A stretch of 64,000 bases of DNA from Flavobacteriales bacterium (GTDB lineage Bacteria; Bacteroidota; Bacteroidia; NS11-12g; UBA955): NCBI GenBank assembly GCA_947457565.1, contig CANGWH010000003.1:1764-65763 (forward strand), written 5' to 3'. The notes beneath the pieces are model-generated. The model ran no database searches and was not told where the DNA came from. It worked only from the letters and a program-made list of their open reading frames with translations. Shown piece by piece: positions 27,017-36,430 of the stretch (positions within the stretch are counted from its first letter, which is position 1; each line of letters opens with the position of its first letter). The position numbers and the translations under genes are program-made.

Positions 27017-29176
27017 ATGCAGATGGAACGATTCTCGTACGACAACAAAGTAGTTAAATGGTTTGCTTATGCAACTGTTTTATGGGGCATTGTTGGTTTT
27101 TTAGCAGGTTTACTAATAGCACTACAACTTGCTTTCCCTGTGTTCAATTTCGATTGGGCACCCACAACTTTCGGTAGAATGAGACCGGTTCATACCAATG
27201 CGGTAATTTTCGCTTTTGTTGGAAATGGAATTTTCATGGGTGTTTATTATTCGTTGCAGCGATTGTGTAAAGCCAGGATTTTTAGCGATCTATTAAGTAA
27301 AATCCATTTTTGGGGTTGGCAACTGATTATCGTATTTGGGGCATTATCACTTTGGATGGGGTATACAACGGGTAAGGAATATGCGGAATTAGAATGGCCT
27401 TTAGATATTGCAATTACTTTGATTTGGGTTGTGTTCGGTATAAATATGTTTGGAACAATCTTGAAACGTAGAGAAGGACATTTATATGTGGCTATTTGGT
27501 TCTACATAGCAACTTGGGTAACTGTAGCGATGCTTCATATTGTAAACAGCGTTGAAATCCCTGTCACTTTTATGAAGAGTTATAGTTGGTATGCAGGTGT
27601 GCAAGATGCTTTAGTACAATGGTGGTATGGACACAACGCAGTAGCTTTCTTTCTCACTACTCCTTATTTAGGGTTAATGTATTATTTCTTACCTAAAGCA
27701 GCGGAAAGACCTGTCTATTCCTATCGATTGTCAATCATTCACTTTTGGGCATTAATCTTTATTTACATATGGGCAGGTCCTCACCACTTATTATATACGG
27801 CGCTACCTGACTGGGCCCAGAGTTTAGGTACCGTATTTTCTGTAATGCTAATTGCACCATCTTGGGGTGGGATGATTAATGGTCTACTTACCCTAAGAGG
27901 AGCATGGGATAAAGTGCGTGATAGTGTAGTGTTGAAATTTATGGTAGTGGCTATTACTGCTTATGGTATGGCAACCTTTGAAGGGCCATTGTTGAGTCTG
28001 AAAAATGTTAATGCTATATCGCATTTCACCGATTGGACTATTGCACACGTGCATGTTGGCGCATTAGGTTGGAATGGTTTTTTGACGTTTGCCGTATTGT
28101 ATTGGTTGATACCTAAGATGTTTGGAACCAAATTGTGGTCGAATTCATTGGCCAATGCACATTTTTGGTTAGGAACGTTAGGAATTATATTTTATGCAGT
28201 TCCCATGTATTGGGCAGGGTTTACCCAGAGTTTAAACTGGAAAACATTTACCGATGAAGGTCAATTACAATACACCTTTCTACAAACGGTAGATATGATT
28301 GCGCCGATGTATAAAATGAGGTCTGTAGGTGGCTTATTGTATTTAATAGGAGGGATTTTAATGGTTATCAATCTTTGGAAAACCGCAGCCCTAGGGAATT
28401 TCATGGAAGAGGAAGCAGCAGAAGCGCCTGCATTGGTGAAAATTGAAAGTCACCAGGGAGAACATTGGCATCGTTGGATAGAACGTAAACCAATACAATT
28501 ATTGGTGTTAAGTTTAATTGCTGTGGCAATTGGCGGTGTGATTGAAATGGTTCCAACATTTTTAATAAAAGAGAATATTCCAACCATTACTTCCGTGAAG
28601 CCTTATTCTCCGTTGGAATTACATGGTCGTGATATTTACATCAGTGAGGGTTGTTATACATGCCACTCTCAAATGGTGAGACCATTCAGAGACGAAGTAG
28701 CGCGATACGGCGAATATTCTAAATCAGGTGAATTTATTTATGATCATCCTTTCCAATGGGGTAGTAAAAGAACAGGTCCGGATTTGGCCCGAGTTGGTAA
28801 GAAGTATAGTAACGACTGGCATTTTAATCACATGTATGAACCATCTGTAATTTCCGATGGATCTATTATGCCAAGATATCCATTCCTGTTAACCACAGGA
28901 ATTGACATCATGCGTACACCAAAGATGATTAAAGCAATGCAAACGTTAGGTGTGCCTTATGAAAAAGGATATCATAACAGGGCAAATCAGGATCTGGATA
29001 AACAGGCCAAAGAAATAACTACCGATCTCATGAAGAGTGATTTGGTAAAACAAACCATGGAATTGGAAGGGGTAAAAGACCTTACCTACACGAAAATGGT
29101 AGCCTTGATTGCATACTTACAAAGAATAGGCACCGATATTAAGGCAGCTCCTGTAGGTAGTGTTCCAACGCATTAA
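27017..29176 (+). CDS. ccoN: cbb3-type cytochrome c oxidase, fused subunits I/II (CcoN-CcoO)
   Basis: RPVHTNAV, QWWYGHNAV, WAGPHHL, HVHVGALGW, then CcoO EGCYTCHSQMVRP and WGSKRTGPDL. Confidence 0.97.
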   Translation: MQMERFSYDNKVVKWFAYATVLWGIVGFLAGLLIALQLAFPVFNFDWAPTTFGRMRPVHTNAVIFAFVGNGIFMGVYYSLQRLCKARIFSDLLSKIHFWGWQLIIVFGALSLWMGYTTGKEYAELEWPLDIAITLIWVVFGINMFGTILKRREGHLYVAIWFYIATWVTVAMLHIVNSVEIPVTFMKSYSWYAGVQDALVQWWYGHNAVAFFLTTPYLGLMYYFLPKAAERPVYSYRLSIIHFWALIFIYIWAGPHHLLYTALPDWAQSLGTVFSVMLIAPSWGGMINGLLTLRGAWDKVRDSVVLKFMVVAITAYGMATFEGPLLSLKNVNAISHFTDWTIAHVHVGALGWNGFLTFAVLYWLIPKMFGTKLWSNSLANAHFWLGTLGIIFYAVPMYWAGFTQSLNWKTFTDEGQLQYTFLQTVDMIAPMYKMRSVGGLLYLIGGILMVINLWKTAALGNFMEEEAAEAPALVKIESHQGEHWHRWIERKPIQLLVLSLIAVAIGGVIEMVPTFLIKENIPTITSVKPYSPLELHGRDIYISEGCYTCHSQMVRPFRDEVARYGEYSKSGEFIYDHPFQWGSKRTGPDLARVGKKYSNDWHFNHMYEPSVISDGSIMPRYPFLLTTGIDIMRTPKMIKAMQTLGVPYEKGYHNRANQDLDKQAKEITTDLMKSDLVKQTMELEGVKDLTYTKMVALIAYLQRIGTDIKAAPVGSVPTH

Positions 29177-29187
29177 ATTTTAACACT

Positions 29188-29355
29188 ATGAAGTTTATTA
29201 ATTATTTGAAGACGATTTCCGGCGTACAAGTTTATCCAATGGTCTCATTGATACTCTTTGTACTTGTGTTTGGACTGGTATTGTTTTTAACCTTTAAAAC
29301 AAGTAAATCTTATTTGGATAAAGCCAAAAATATTCCTTTAAATAACAATGATTAA
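29188..29355 (+). CDS. ccoQ: cbb3-type cytochrome oxidase small subunit CcoQ (55 aa)
   Basis: Not in ORF track; MKFINYLKTISGVQVYPMVSLILFVLVFGLVLFLTFKTSKSYLDKAKNIPLNNND, single TM ending ...IPL, between ccoNO and ccoP. Confidence 0.85.
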   Translation: MKFINYLKTISGVQVYPMVSLILFVLVFGLVLFLTFKTSKSYLDKAKNIPLNNND

Positions 29356-30442
29356 AAATATGAAAATCAATAATTTAAAAAAATACTATATGATGGTTTT
29401 GTTGGTGTATCCTATGTTGTTGAATGCCCAAGTGGATTCATTAACAATGATAGAAAACTTGGCAAAATCAATAGGTTCTAATCAAAATGTATCTTGGCTA
29501 TTGATGCTTACAGCCGTAGCATTAGGAATCGTTGCCATTATTTTGGGACTCTTGGTTGGTAAAGTGGCTATTTTTAAAATAAAAGCTAAAAAATCTATAT
29601 CTATAATGGGAGCCATAGTTGTTGCTGGAGCGTTGCAAGCTCAATCTAGTCAGTCCGATATGCATTGGCACCTGTCTAGTGAAGCCTTGAATTTGATATT
29701 ATTGTCCATTATTTTTATTGAATTACTAATCATATTGTATTTCGCCTATTGGTTGAAAGTGATAGTATTACCAACAAAGCAAAAGGCAATCAAACCAAAA
29801 ACCAATGCTTGGTGGGATTGGTTTAATAAATCGGTATCCTTCGAAAAAGAAAAAGATGTACAACTGGATCATAACTATGACGGTATCAAAGAGCTAGATA
29901 ACGCTTTGCCCCCTTGGTGGTTGTATGGCTTTTATATTACCATCATCTTCTCGGGAATATATTTATGGAGATATCATATCAGTTGTACGGCTCCTTTGTC
30001 TTACGAAGAATTACAAAACGATCTTAGGAAGTCTGAAATTGAATTAAATGCCGCTCTTGCGAAAAAAGGTGATCGAGTTGACGAGAATTCTATTGAATAC
30101 GAAGAAGATGCAATCATGATTCAAGAGGGCAGGTCAATATTTGAATCCAATTGTAAAGCATGTCATGCCGATAATGCAGGGGGGATGCCTAACTCCGGAC
30201 CAAACCTCACCGATAAATATTGGATCCATGGCGGCGATATAAAAAATGTATTTAAAACAATTCGATATGGAGTAGTTGAAAAAGGAATGATAGCGTGGAG
30301 TAATGTATTGTCTAACAAACAAATTGCTCAAGTTGCAACCTATATAAAAAGTATCAAAGAACCTGTTGTTGGCGGACAACCACCGAAAGGAGACTTGTTT
30401 GATGATGCAGGAGCAAAGAGGGCAGATACTATCGTGCGATAA
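29348..30442 (+). CDS. ccoP: cbb3-type cytochrome c oxidase subunit III (mono-haem); start may be ATG 29360
   Basis: DHNYDGIKELDNALPPWW, CKACH, GPNLTDKYWIHGG, GMIAW. Confidence 0.92.
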   Translation: MIKNMKINNLKKYYMMVLLVYPMLLNAQVDSLTMIENLAKSIGSNQNVSWLLMLTAVALGIVAIILGLLVGKVAIFKIKAKKSISIMGAIVVAGALQAQSSQSDMHWHLSSEALNLILLSIIFIELLIILYFAYWLKVIVLPTKQKAIKPKTNAWWDWFNKSVSFEKEKDVQLDHNYDGIKELDNALPPWWLYGFYITIIFSGIYLWRYHISCTAPLSYEELQNDLRKSEIELNAALAKKGDRVDENSIEYEEDAIMIQEGRSIFESNCKACHADNAGGMPNSGPNLTDKYWIHGGDIKNVFKTIRYGVVEKGMIAWSNVLSNKQIAQVATYIKSIKEPVVGGQPPKGDLFDDAGAKRADTIVR

Positions 30443-30462
30443 CATTATAATATCATTTGATT

Positions 30463-31872
30463 ATGAATGCTTCGGACAGCGAATCTTTTAGAGATCGGGT
30501 CTCAACCATCGATGAAAGTGGCAAACGAAAATGGGTATTTGCTTATAAACCTTCCGGTCGGTTTTACAATGCTCGAAGTTGTTTGTCTATTCTATATTTA
30601 GTATTATTTTTTGGCTTTCCCTTAGTGAAATTACAAGGCGAGCCTTATTTTTTATTTAATATTATTGAACGGAAATTCGTGATTTTTGGTTTCGTTTTCT
30701 GGAGTCAAGATTTCTATCTTTTCGGAATTACGATGATACTTTTCATCGTTTTTATTATCGTGTTTACTGTTGCCTTTGGTCGATTATTTTGTGGTTGGGC
30801 GTGTCCACAAACAGTGTTTATGGAATTGGTTTTCAGGAGAATTGAATATTGGATTGAGGGAGATGCTAACAAGCAGATAAAATTGAATGCTATGCCATGG
30901 AATTGGGAGAAAACTAGAAAAAAAGGTTTAAAGACTATTGTGTTTTTTGCAGTTTCATTTTTAATTGGTAATACATTTTTAGCGTACATTATTGGATCGG
31001 ATGCCCTGTTTGGAATTATTACAGACCCAGTAGGCACCCACATTAAAGGGCTTTTAGCGATGATTGTCTTTTCGATGGTGTTCTTTTTTGTTTATTTATG
31101 GTTCAGAGAACAAGTTTGTACAATTGTTTGTCCTTATGGTAGACTGCAGGGTGTGTTGTTGGATAAGCATTCTGTTTTGGTTGCCTACGATTACGTTAGA
31201 GGAGAACCAAGAGGTAAACACATAAAAAAAGCCTCTAACTCTTCTGTGGGTGATTGTGTAGACTGCGGATTATGCGTGAGAGTTTGCCCAACGGGTATCG
31301 ATATCAGAAATGGTACGCAATTAGAATGTACTAATTGTACCGCTTGCATTGATGCTTGCGATTCAATTATGGATAACCTTAACAAGCCAAGGGGTTTAGT
31401 AAAATATGCTTCTGAATCCACCATTAAAGAAAATCAACCGTTTATCATTACTTCCAGATTGAAAGCCTATATCGCAGTGCTAATTGTTCTATTGGGTATT
31501 TGGGTTGCTATCTTATCCACCAGGAACACCGTAGATATGGAAGTCAGAAAGGTGAGTGGTCAGATATATTCAAAACGACCCAACGGCGAAATTTCCAACA
31601 TCTACAATGTGATGTTATTGAATAAAAGTCATAGTGACTTTGATAATCTCTCACTTGAAATAAAACGTCCTAAAGGGGCTCGAATTGAATGGGTTGGGCT
31701 AAATGGTCGGTTGAGTTCACCTGTTGGACAGGCTGTAAAATATACATTTTTCGTAGTGATAAATCCGTCAAAGTTGCACGAGAGAAAAAGTCAAGTTCAT
31801 TTAGTGTTATTGAACGGAACTCAAGTTATCGAAACATCAGAGACATCATTTATATCACCATTAAATAAATAA
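30463..31872 (+). CDS. ccoG: Cytochrome c oxidase accessory protein CcoG
   Basis: GRLFCGWACPQT, CTIVCPYGRLQ, CVDCGLCVRVCP, CTNCTACIDAC. Confidence 0.95.
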   Translation: MNASDSESFRDRVSTIDESGKRKWVFAYKPSGRFYNARSCLSILYLVLFFGFPLVKLQGEPYFLFNIIERKFVIFGFVFWSQDFYLFGITMILFIVFIIVFTVAFGRLFCGWACPQTVFMELVFRRIEYWIEGDANKQIKLNAMPWNWEKTRKKGLKTIVFFAVSFLIGNTFLAYIIGSDALFGIITDPVGTHIKGLLAMIVFSMVFFFVYLWFREQVCTIVCPYGRLQGVLLDKHSVLVAYDYVRGEPRGKHIKKASNSSVGDCVDCGLCVRVCPTGIDIRNGTQLECTNCTACIDACDSIMDNLNKPRGLVKYASESTIKENQPFIITSRLKAYIAVLIVLLGIWVAILSTRNTVDMEVRKVSGQIYSKRPNGEISNIYNVMLLNKSHSDFDNLSLEIKRPKGARIEWVGLNGRLSSPVGQAVKYTFFVVINPSKLHERKSQVHLVLLNGTQVIETSETSFISPLNK

Positions 31873-31876
31873 ATCA

Positions 31877-32326
31877 ATGAATTGGGGTAAAAGTATAGTT
31901 ATAGTATATGTCATTTTTGTCTTAGGTATGGGGTATTTAGTTTATCGAAGTACTCAAGAAACCTTTGAAGTAGTTGATTTAGATTATTATCAGCGAGAAA
32001 AAGAGTTTACAACACAGTTAGAAGCTGAGAATAATGCAAACGCTCATGGAATGATTCCAAAAATTGAACATTCTAAAGTCTTTCATGGTATTGTAATTCC
32101 TGTAAAAAGAAATCAACCGTTTTCTGGGGGGATTTTTGCTTACTGCCCAACAGCTAAAAAATTAGATACTAAAATTGCGATTAAATCAATTGAATCAGTA
32201 AAGGATTCTATTATTAAGGTTGATTTGTCTGTTTTAAACCCTGCGGTATATATCTTAAAAGTATCGTGGATGATAAATCAAGATAAATACTACTCAGAGG
32301 TTGCCTACAAACATGTAATTAGATAA
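31877..32326 (+). CDS. ccoH: FixH/CcoH family protein
   Basis: MNWGKSI, N-terminal TM, DYYQRE motif; directly follows ccoG. Confidence 0.85.
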   Translation: MNWGKSIVIVYVIFVLGMGYLVYRSTQETFEVVDLDYYQREKEFTTQLEAENNANAHGMIPKIEHSKVFHGIVIPVKRNQPFSGGIFAYCPTAKKLDTKIAIKSIESVKDSIIKVDLSVLNPAVYILKVSWMINQDKYYSEVAYKHVIR

Positions 32327-32328
32327 TT

Positions 32329-33021
32329 GTGCTACAGGCATTTGTATTAGGTTTTGCCATAGGACTTCCCGGTAGTTTGCACTGTTTGGGTATGTGCGGT
32401 CCATTGGCTTTAATGGTCGGAACTGGGAAACGAAATCCATGGCTCTCTGCGATATTGTATCACACAAGTCGGGCGATTGCCTATAGTTTACTCGGTATTT
32501 TCGTTGGTTTGATCTTTCAATGGGTTGATATTCGACCCTATCAACAGCAATTTAGTTTGGGTATTGGATTATTGTTTTTATTGGCTTGGGTTTTTAGCAA
32601 GTTGCAATTTTCAATAATGTCTATCCAGTTATTGAATTTCAAGTTTTTAAATGAGTTGCCCAATTTGCTTACTGCGGATAATTCTGTATCCATGATTTTA
32701 GGAGGATTAATCAATGGATTGCTTCCATGTGGTTTGGTTTATTCTGCTTTAATTGCTTCCCTAAGTACAGGGTACACATTAAGTGCTTCTGTATTTATGC
32801 TTGGTTTTGGAATTTCAACAATACCAATGATGATGATAGTTTCTTTGATCTCGTTACCATTGAAAATGAAAATGTCGCGTTTATTCTCTTTAATTACCAA
32901 TTGGTGGTTATTAATAATGGCGGTCATTTTCTTGTTAAGGGGGGCAGGTATCGGTATACCATTGATATCTCCAGATTTTGGTAGTGCAAATCCCCAAGAG
33001 AATTGTTGTACACCTCATTAA
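32329..33021 (+). CDS. DsbD_2 / TauE-SafE-like membrane protein of cbb3 clusters
   Basis: SLHCLGMCGP, NGLLPCGLVY, FGISTIP, C-terminal CC..H. Confidence 0.88.
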   Translation: MLQAFVLGFAIGLPGSLHCLGMCGPLALMVGTGKRNPWLSAILYHTSRAIAYSLLGIFVGLIFQWVDIRPYQQQFSLGIGLLFLLAWVFSKLQFSIMSIQLLNFKFLNELPNLLTADNSVSMILGGLINGLLPCGLVYSALIASLSTGYTLSASVFMLGFGISTIPMMMIVSLISLPLKMKMSRLFSLITNWWLLIMAVIFLLRGAGIGIPLISPDFGSANPQENCCTPH

Positions 33022-33129
33022 TGAGAAGTATAAACATCTCCAAATAATTTTTTGTGGAGTTTTTGAATATTCTTTGATGGATTTTGTATAATTCTCGCTA
33101 ATTTTGGTTACTACTGATAACTATTTAAG

Positions 33130-33840
33130 ATGTCTTTCTTACACGAGCCCGTTGATTGTCAAAATTGTAAAAAGCGATTTACTTCGGTATTTTGTCGTGT
33201 TGAAAATGACACCGTTGATAGTATCAACGACGAGAAAGTCTGCACGCCTTATAAAAAAGGGCAAGTGATTTTCCACGAAGGAGCAAGGCCTTTAGGGATT
33301 TATTGCGTAAATCGAGGAAAGATTAAATTAGTTAAGCTGGGTGAGGATGGGAAAGAGCAGATATTAAGGTTGATTAAACCAGGCGATTTGATGGGCTATC
33401 GAGCACTATTGAGTGGCGATAGGTACAGTGCTTCTGCAGTTGTAATGGAAGACTCTGGTATATGTTTTATTCCCAAAGAGTTGTTTATGGGAGTTTTGCA
33501 AAAAGACGGGGTGTTAAGTATGGAGATTATGAAATTGCTCAGCGATGATTTGAGGAAGGCCGAAACGAGTATTACACACTTGGCGCAAAAACCTGTTAGA
33601 GAGCGATTAGCGGAAGCGTTATTGTTTATTAAAGAAACTTATGGGTTTGAAGTTGATGGAAAAACAATCGATTTGAAAATAACCCGAGAAGAATTAGCCA
33701 ATATTGTTGGAACGGCTACTGAAACCACCATTCGATTGCTGAGTGAACTTAAAAATGAAGGAGTACTGCAATTAGATGGTAAGAAAATTGCGGTATTGAA
33801 TCTGGCAAAATTAGTGCGAATTGCGAATATTGACGATTAG
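33130..33840 (+). CDS. Crp/Fnr family regulator with N-terminal Cys cluster (FNR-like O2 sensor)
   Basis: CQNC-x8-C plus further Cys; cNMP-like domain; ITREELANIVGTATETTIRLLS HTH; TAATTTTG promoter element upstream. Confidence 0.9.
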   Translation: MSFLHEPVDCQNCKKRFTSVFCRVENDTVDSINDEKVCTPYKKGQVIFHEGARPLGIYCVNRGKIKLVKLGEDGKEQILRLIKPGDLMGYRALLSGDRYSASAVVMEDSGICFIPKELFMGVLQKDGVLSMEIMKLLSDDLRKAETSITHLAQKPVRERLAEALLFIKETYGFEVDGKTIDLKITREELANIVGTATETTIRLLSELKNEGVLQLDGKKIAVLNLAKLVRIANIDD

Positions 33841-34000
33841 CCATACACGTAGTTTAGTGATACTAATTGGGATTGGATTCTTTGTCGAATTCAATGTTAA
33901 CTACATTGCTTTTCGGTTTTTTTCTTTAATGGCTCATTGGCCACTTTTTTAAAATATTTCGATCAAATCCTTGATAATAAACTAGGGTGGAGTTAAAAAT

Positions 34001-34027
34001 AAAAAAAGCCTCTCAAAAATGAGAGGC
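34001..34027 (-). terminator. Intrinsic terminator of tRNA-Val
   Basis: GCCTCTCA-AAAA-TGAGAGGC stem with an A7 run that reads as the U-tract on the minus strand. Confidence 0.85.
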
Positions 34028-34033
34028 CTGATG

Positions 34034-34108
34034 TGGAAGTTGAGGGATTCGAACCCCCGACCCTCTGCTTGTAAGGCAGATGCTCTGAACCAACTGAGCT
34101 AAACTTCC
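34034..34108 (-). tRNA. tRNA-Val (anticodon TAC), CCA not encoded
   Basis: Minus strand GGAAGTTTAGCTCAGTTGGTTCAGAGCATCTGCCTTACAAGCAGAGGGTCGGGGGTTCGAATCCCTCAACTTCCA folds as a cloverleaf; TATCTTTG promoter element upstream. Confidence 0.97.
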
Positions 34109-34383
34109 AATAAAACAACAACGTTTGATTTTATTTCTTTCGTTGTGAACGGGAGTGCAAAGATAATAATCGGCTTGATGAAAACAAGGTAAAATTGTAA
34201 AAAAACATGAATATTTTTGTTGTTACATTTTGTTTTGCATTGTAATTGATTGAATTCCTTGGAATTGATATTGGTAAATGATTTTCAAAAATCACCAAAA
34301 TTGAATTTAGTTGATTAATTTGGGATAATTATTATGTTTAGTTTTTTTTGGTCCTGCGTTTCAATAACTAAATTTGAGATATC

Positions 34384-35451
34384 ATGAGAAAAGAATCAAG
34401 ACAGTTTCTAGAAAAATATTTGAATAATGTTTCACCCACTGGATTTGAACATTCTGGGCAGCAAATATGGTTAGAGTACTTGCGTCCATACATTGATGAA
34501 TCTTTCGTAGATACCTATGGTACGGCCGTGGGTGTTATTAATCCTGGAAAAGATTACAAGGTTGTATTGGAAGCACATGCCGATGAAATTTCGTGGTTTG
34601 TAAATTACATTTCAGACGACGGCTACATCTACGTAATTAGAAACGGCGGCAGTGATTTTCAAATAGCGCCTTCTATGCGTTGCAATATTCACTGCGAAAA
34701 CGGAAATATCGTTAAAGGAATATTTGGATGGCCTGCAATACACGTGAGGGGAGATAAGAATCCAGAAACGAAGCAAGAAAATATATTTATTGATATTGGC
34801 GCTTCTTCAAAAGCGGATGTGGAAGCTTTGGGTGTTCATGTAGGTTCAGTTGCCGTATTTGAAGCGGATGTGTTTTGGCTGAATGAAAAATATATTGTAG
34901 GAAGAGCCTTGGATAATAGGATGGGAGGGTTTATGATTGCTGAGGTCGCAAGACATTTAAAAGAGCAAAATATCAGCCTTCCATTTACATTGTACGTTGT
35001 CAATAGTGTACAAGAGGAAATTGGATTAAGAGGCGCTGAAATGATTTCGAGAAGATTACAGCCCGATATTGCCATTGTTACAGATGTAACCCATGATACA
35101 TGCTCGCCGCTGTACAATAAAAAAATCCAAGGTGATTGTAAGTCTGGTAAAGGCGCTGTTGTTACCTATGGTCCTGCTGTTCAAAATAACTTATTGCAAT
35201 GGATTATTGGTATTGCAAAAGACAATGAAATAAATATTCAGCGAAATGCAGTTAGTAGAAGTACCGGTACCGATACAGATTCTTTTGCTTATTCCGGTAT
35301 GGGAGTCGCTTCTGCGCTTATTTCCCTTCCTCTGAAATATATGCATACTACTGTTGAAATGGTTCATGAAGAGGATGTGGAAAGCTGCGTTCAACTTATG
35401 CTGAAGTCCGTTTCTGTTCTACAGTCAGGTCAAACATTCTACTACTTGTAG
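34384..35451 (+). CDS. M42 family metallopeptidase
   Basis: EAHADEI, ALDNR, VQEEIGLRGA, DVTHD, GTDTD, YMHTTVE. Confidence 0.92.
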   Translation: MRKESRQFLEKYLNNVSPTGFEHSGQQIWLEYLRPYIDESFVDTYGTAVGVINPGKDYKVVLEAHADEISWFVNYISDDGYIYVIRNGGSDFQIAPSMRCNIHCENGNIVKGIFGWPAIHVRGDKNPETKQENIFIDIGASSKADVEALGVHVGSVAVFEADVFWLNEKYIVGRALDNRMGGFMIAEVARHLKEQNISLPFTLYVVNSVQEEIGLRGAEMISRRLQPDIAIVTDVTHDTCSPLYNKKIQGDCKSGKGAVVTYGPAVQNNLLQWIIGIAKDNEINIQRNAVSRSTGTDTDSFAYSGMGVASALISLPLKYMHTTVEMVHEEDVESCVQLMLKSVSVLQSGQTFYYL

Positions 35452-35481
35452 AAGTAGCGTCTTTATTTAATTGATATTCTT

Positions 35482-36378
35482 TTGTTTATGAAGCGACATG
35501 CAGTAAGTAGTCCAGGGGTTATTTTTACTATTTTAATTTGGCCTTGGATGAAGCTTATTTCTGTTCTGCCATTCTTTTTACTGTATGGGATTTCAGATTT
35601 ACTGTCCTTTTTACTGTACCGGATTCTGCGTTATAGGGTTAGCGTTGTTCGTGAAAACCTGTCTCGTTGTTTCCCCCATAAGTCCTTACAAGAGTTACGA
35701 CAAATAGAATTTCAATTTTACAAACACTTGGGTGATTTATTTGTGGAAACTATAAAAGGGTTATCGATTTCTGCCTACTCGATGAGGAAGCGAATGGTGA
35801 ATATCGATCAGCATATTTACGATGAACTCAATCAAAATAAACAAAGTAGTATTATTGTGATGAGTCATTGTGGGAATTGGGAGTGGATCTGTTTAATGTC
35901 TCAATTGTCATGCAAACAACAAATTCAATGTATTTACAAAACACTTAGCAATCCAGGGTTCGATTTCCTAATGTTCAAAATAAGAAGCAAGTTTGGAGCA
36001 AGCCCAATTCCAATGGAACAGTCATTGAGAGTTTTCGCCTCCAATAAAGACTATGTCACCTGTAATGCCTTTATTGGAGATCAAAATCCAAGCGCAGGAA
36101 ATTCAGCCGCTTGGGTTGATTTCTTCGGAGTTGAAACGGCCTTTATGTGGGGTACAGAAAAAATTGCAAAGAAATTCAATTGGCCAGTATATTATCTTAG
36201 TAGCTTCAAAGTAAAACGCGGCCATTACCAAGCTACAACCGTCCCATTATGTCTAAATCCTGCAGAAACAGAAGAGGGATTTATAACACAACAAATAGCC
36301 CAATTTACGCAACGGGAAATAGAAGCTCAACCATTCGCTTGGTTATGGAGTCACAGACGTTGGAAACACACTAAGTAG
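35482..36378 (+). CDS. Lipid A biosynthesis (LpxL/HtrB-type) acyltransferase
   Basis: HCGNWEW, FIGDQNP, FFG, WLWSHRRWK. Confidence 0.88.
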   Translation: MFMKRHAVSSPGVIFTILIWPWMKLISVLPFFLLYGISDLLSFLLYRILRYRVSVVRENLSRCFPHKSLQELRQIEFQFYKHLGDLFVETIKGLSISAYSMRKRMVNIDQHIYDELNQNKQSSIIVMSHCGNWEWICLMSQLSCKQQIQCIYKTLSNPGFDFLMFKIRSKFGASPIPMEQSLRVFASNKDYVTCNAFIGDQNPSAGNSAAWVDFFGVETAFMWGTEKIAKKFNWPVYYLSSFKVKRGHYQATTVPLCLNPAETEEGFITQQIAQFTQREIEAQPFAWLWSHRRWKHTK

Positions 36379-36430
36379 TAGTTCTGACAAATAATGATGT
36401 CTTTCTCTTAACATCTACTAGATGTTGTAA

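Noticed and set aside
33841-34108. tRNA-Val as an integration site for a genomic island
   Set aside because: No integrase, no duplicated tRNA 3' end noticed in the window, the terminator is intact and flanking genes are core
36410-36426. Inverted repeat AACATCTA-C-TAGATGTT between convergent genes
   Set aside because: AT-rich weak stem without a clear U-tract; not enough to call a terminator or operator
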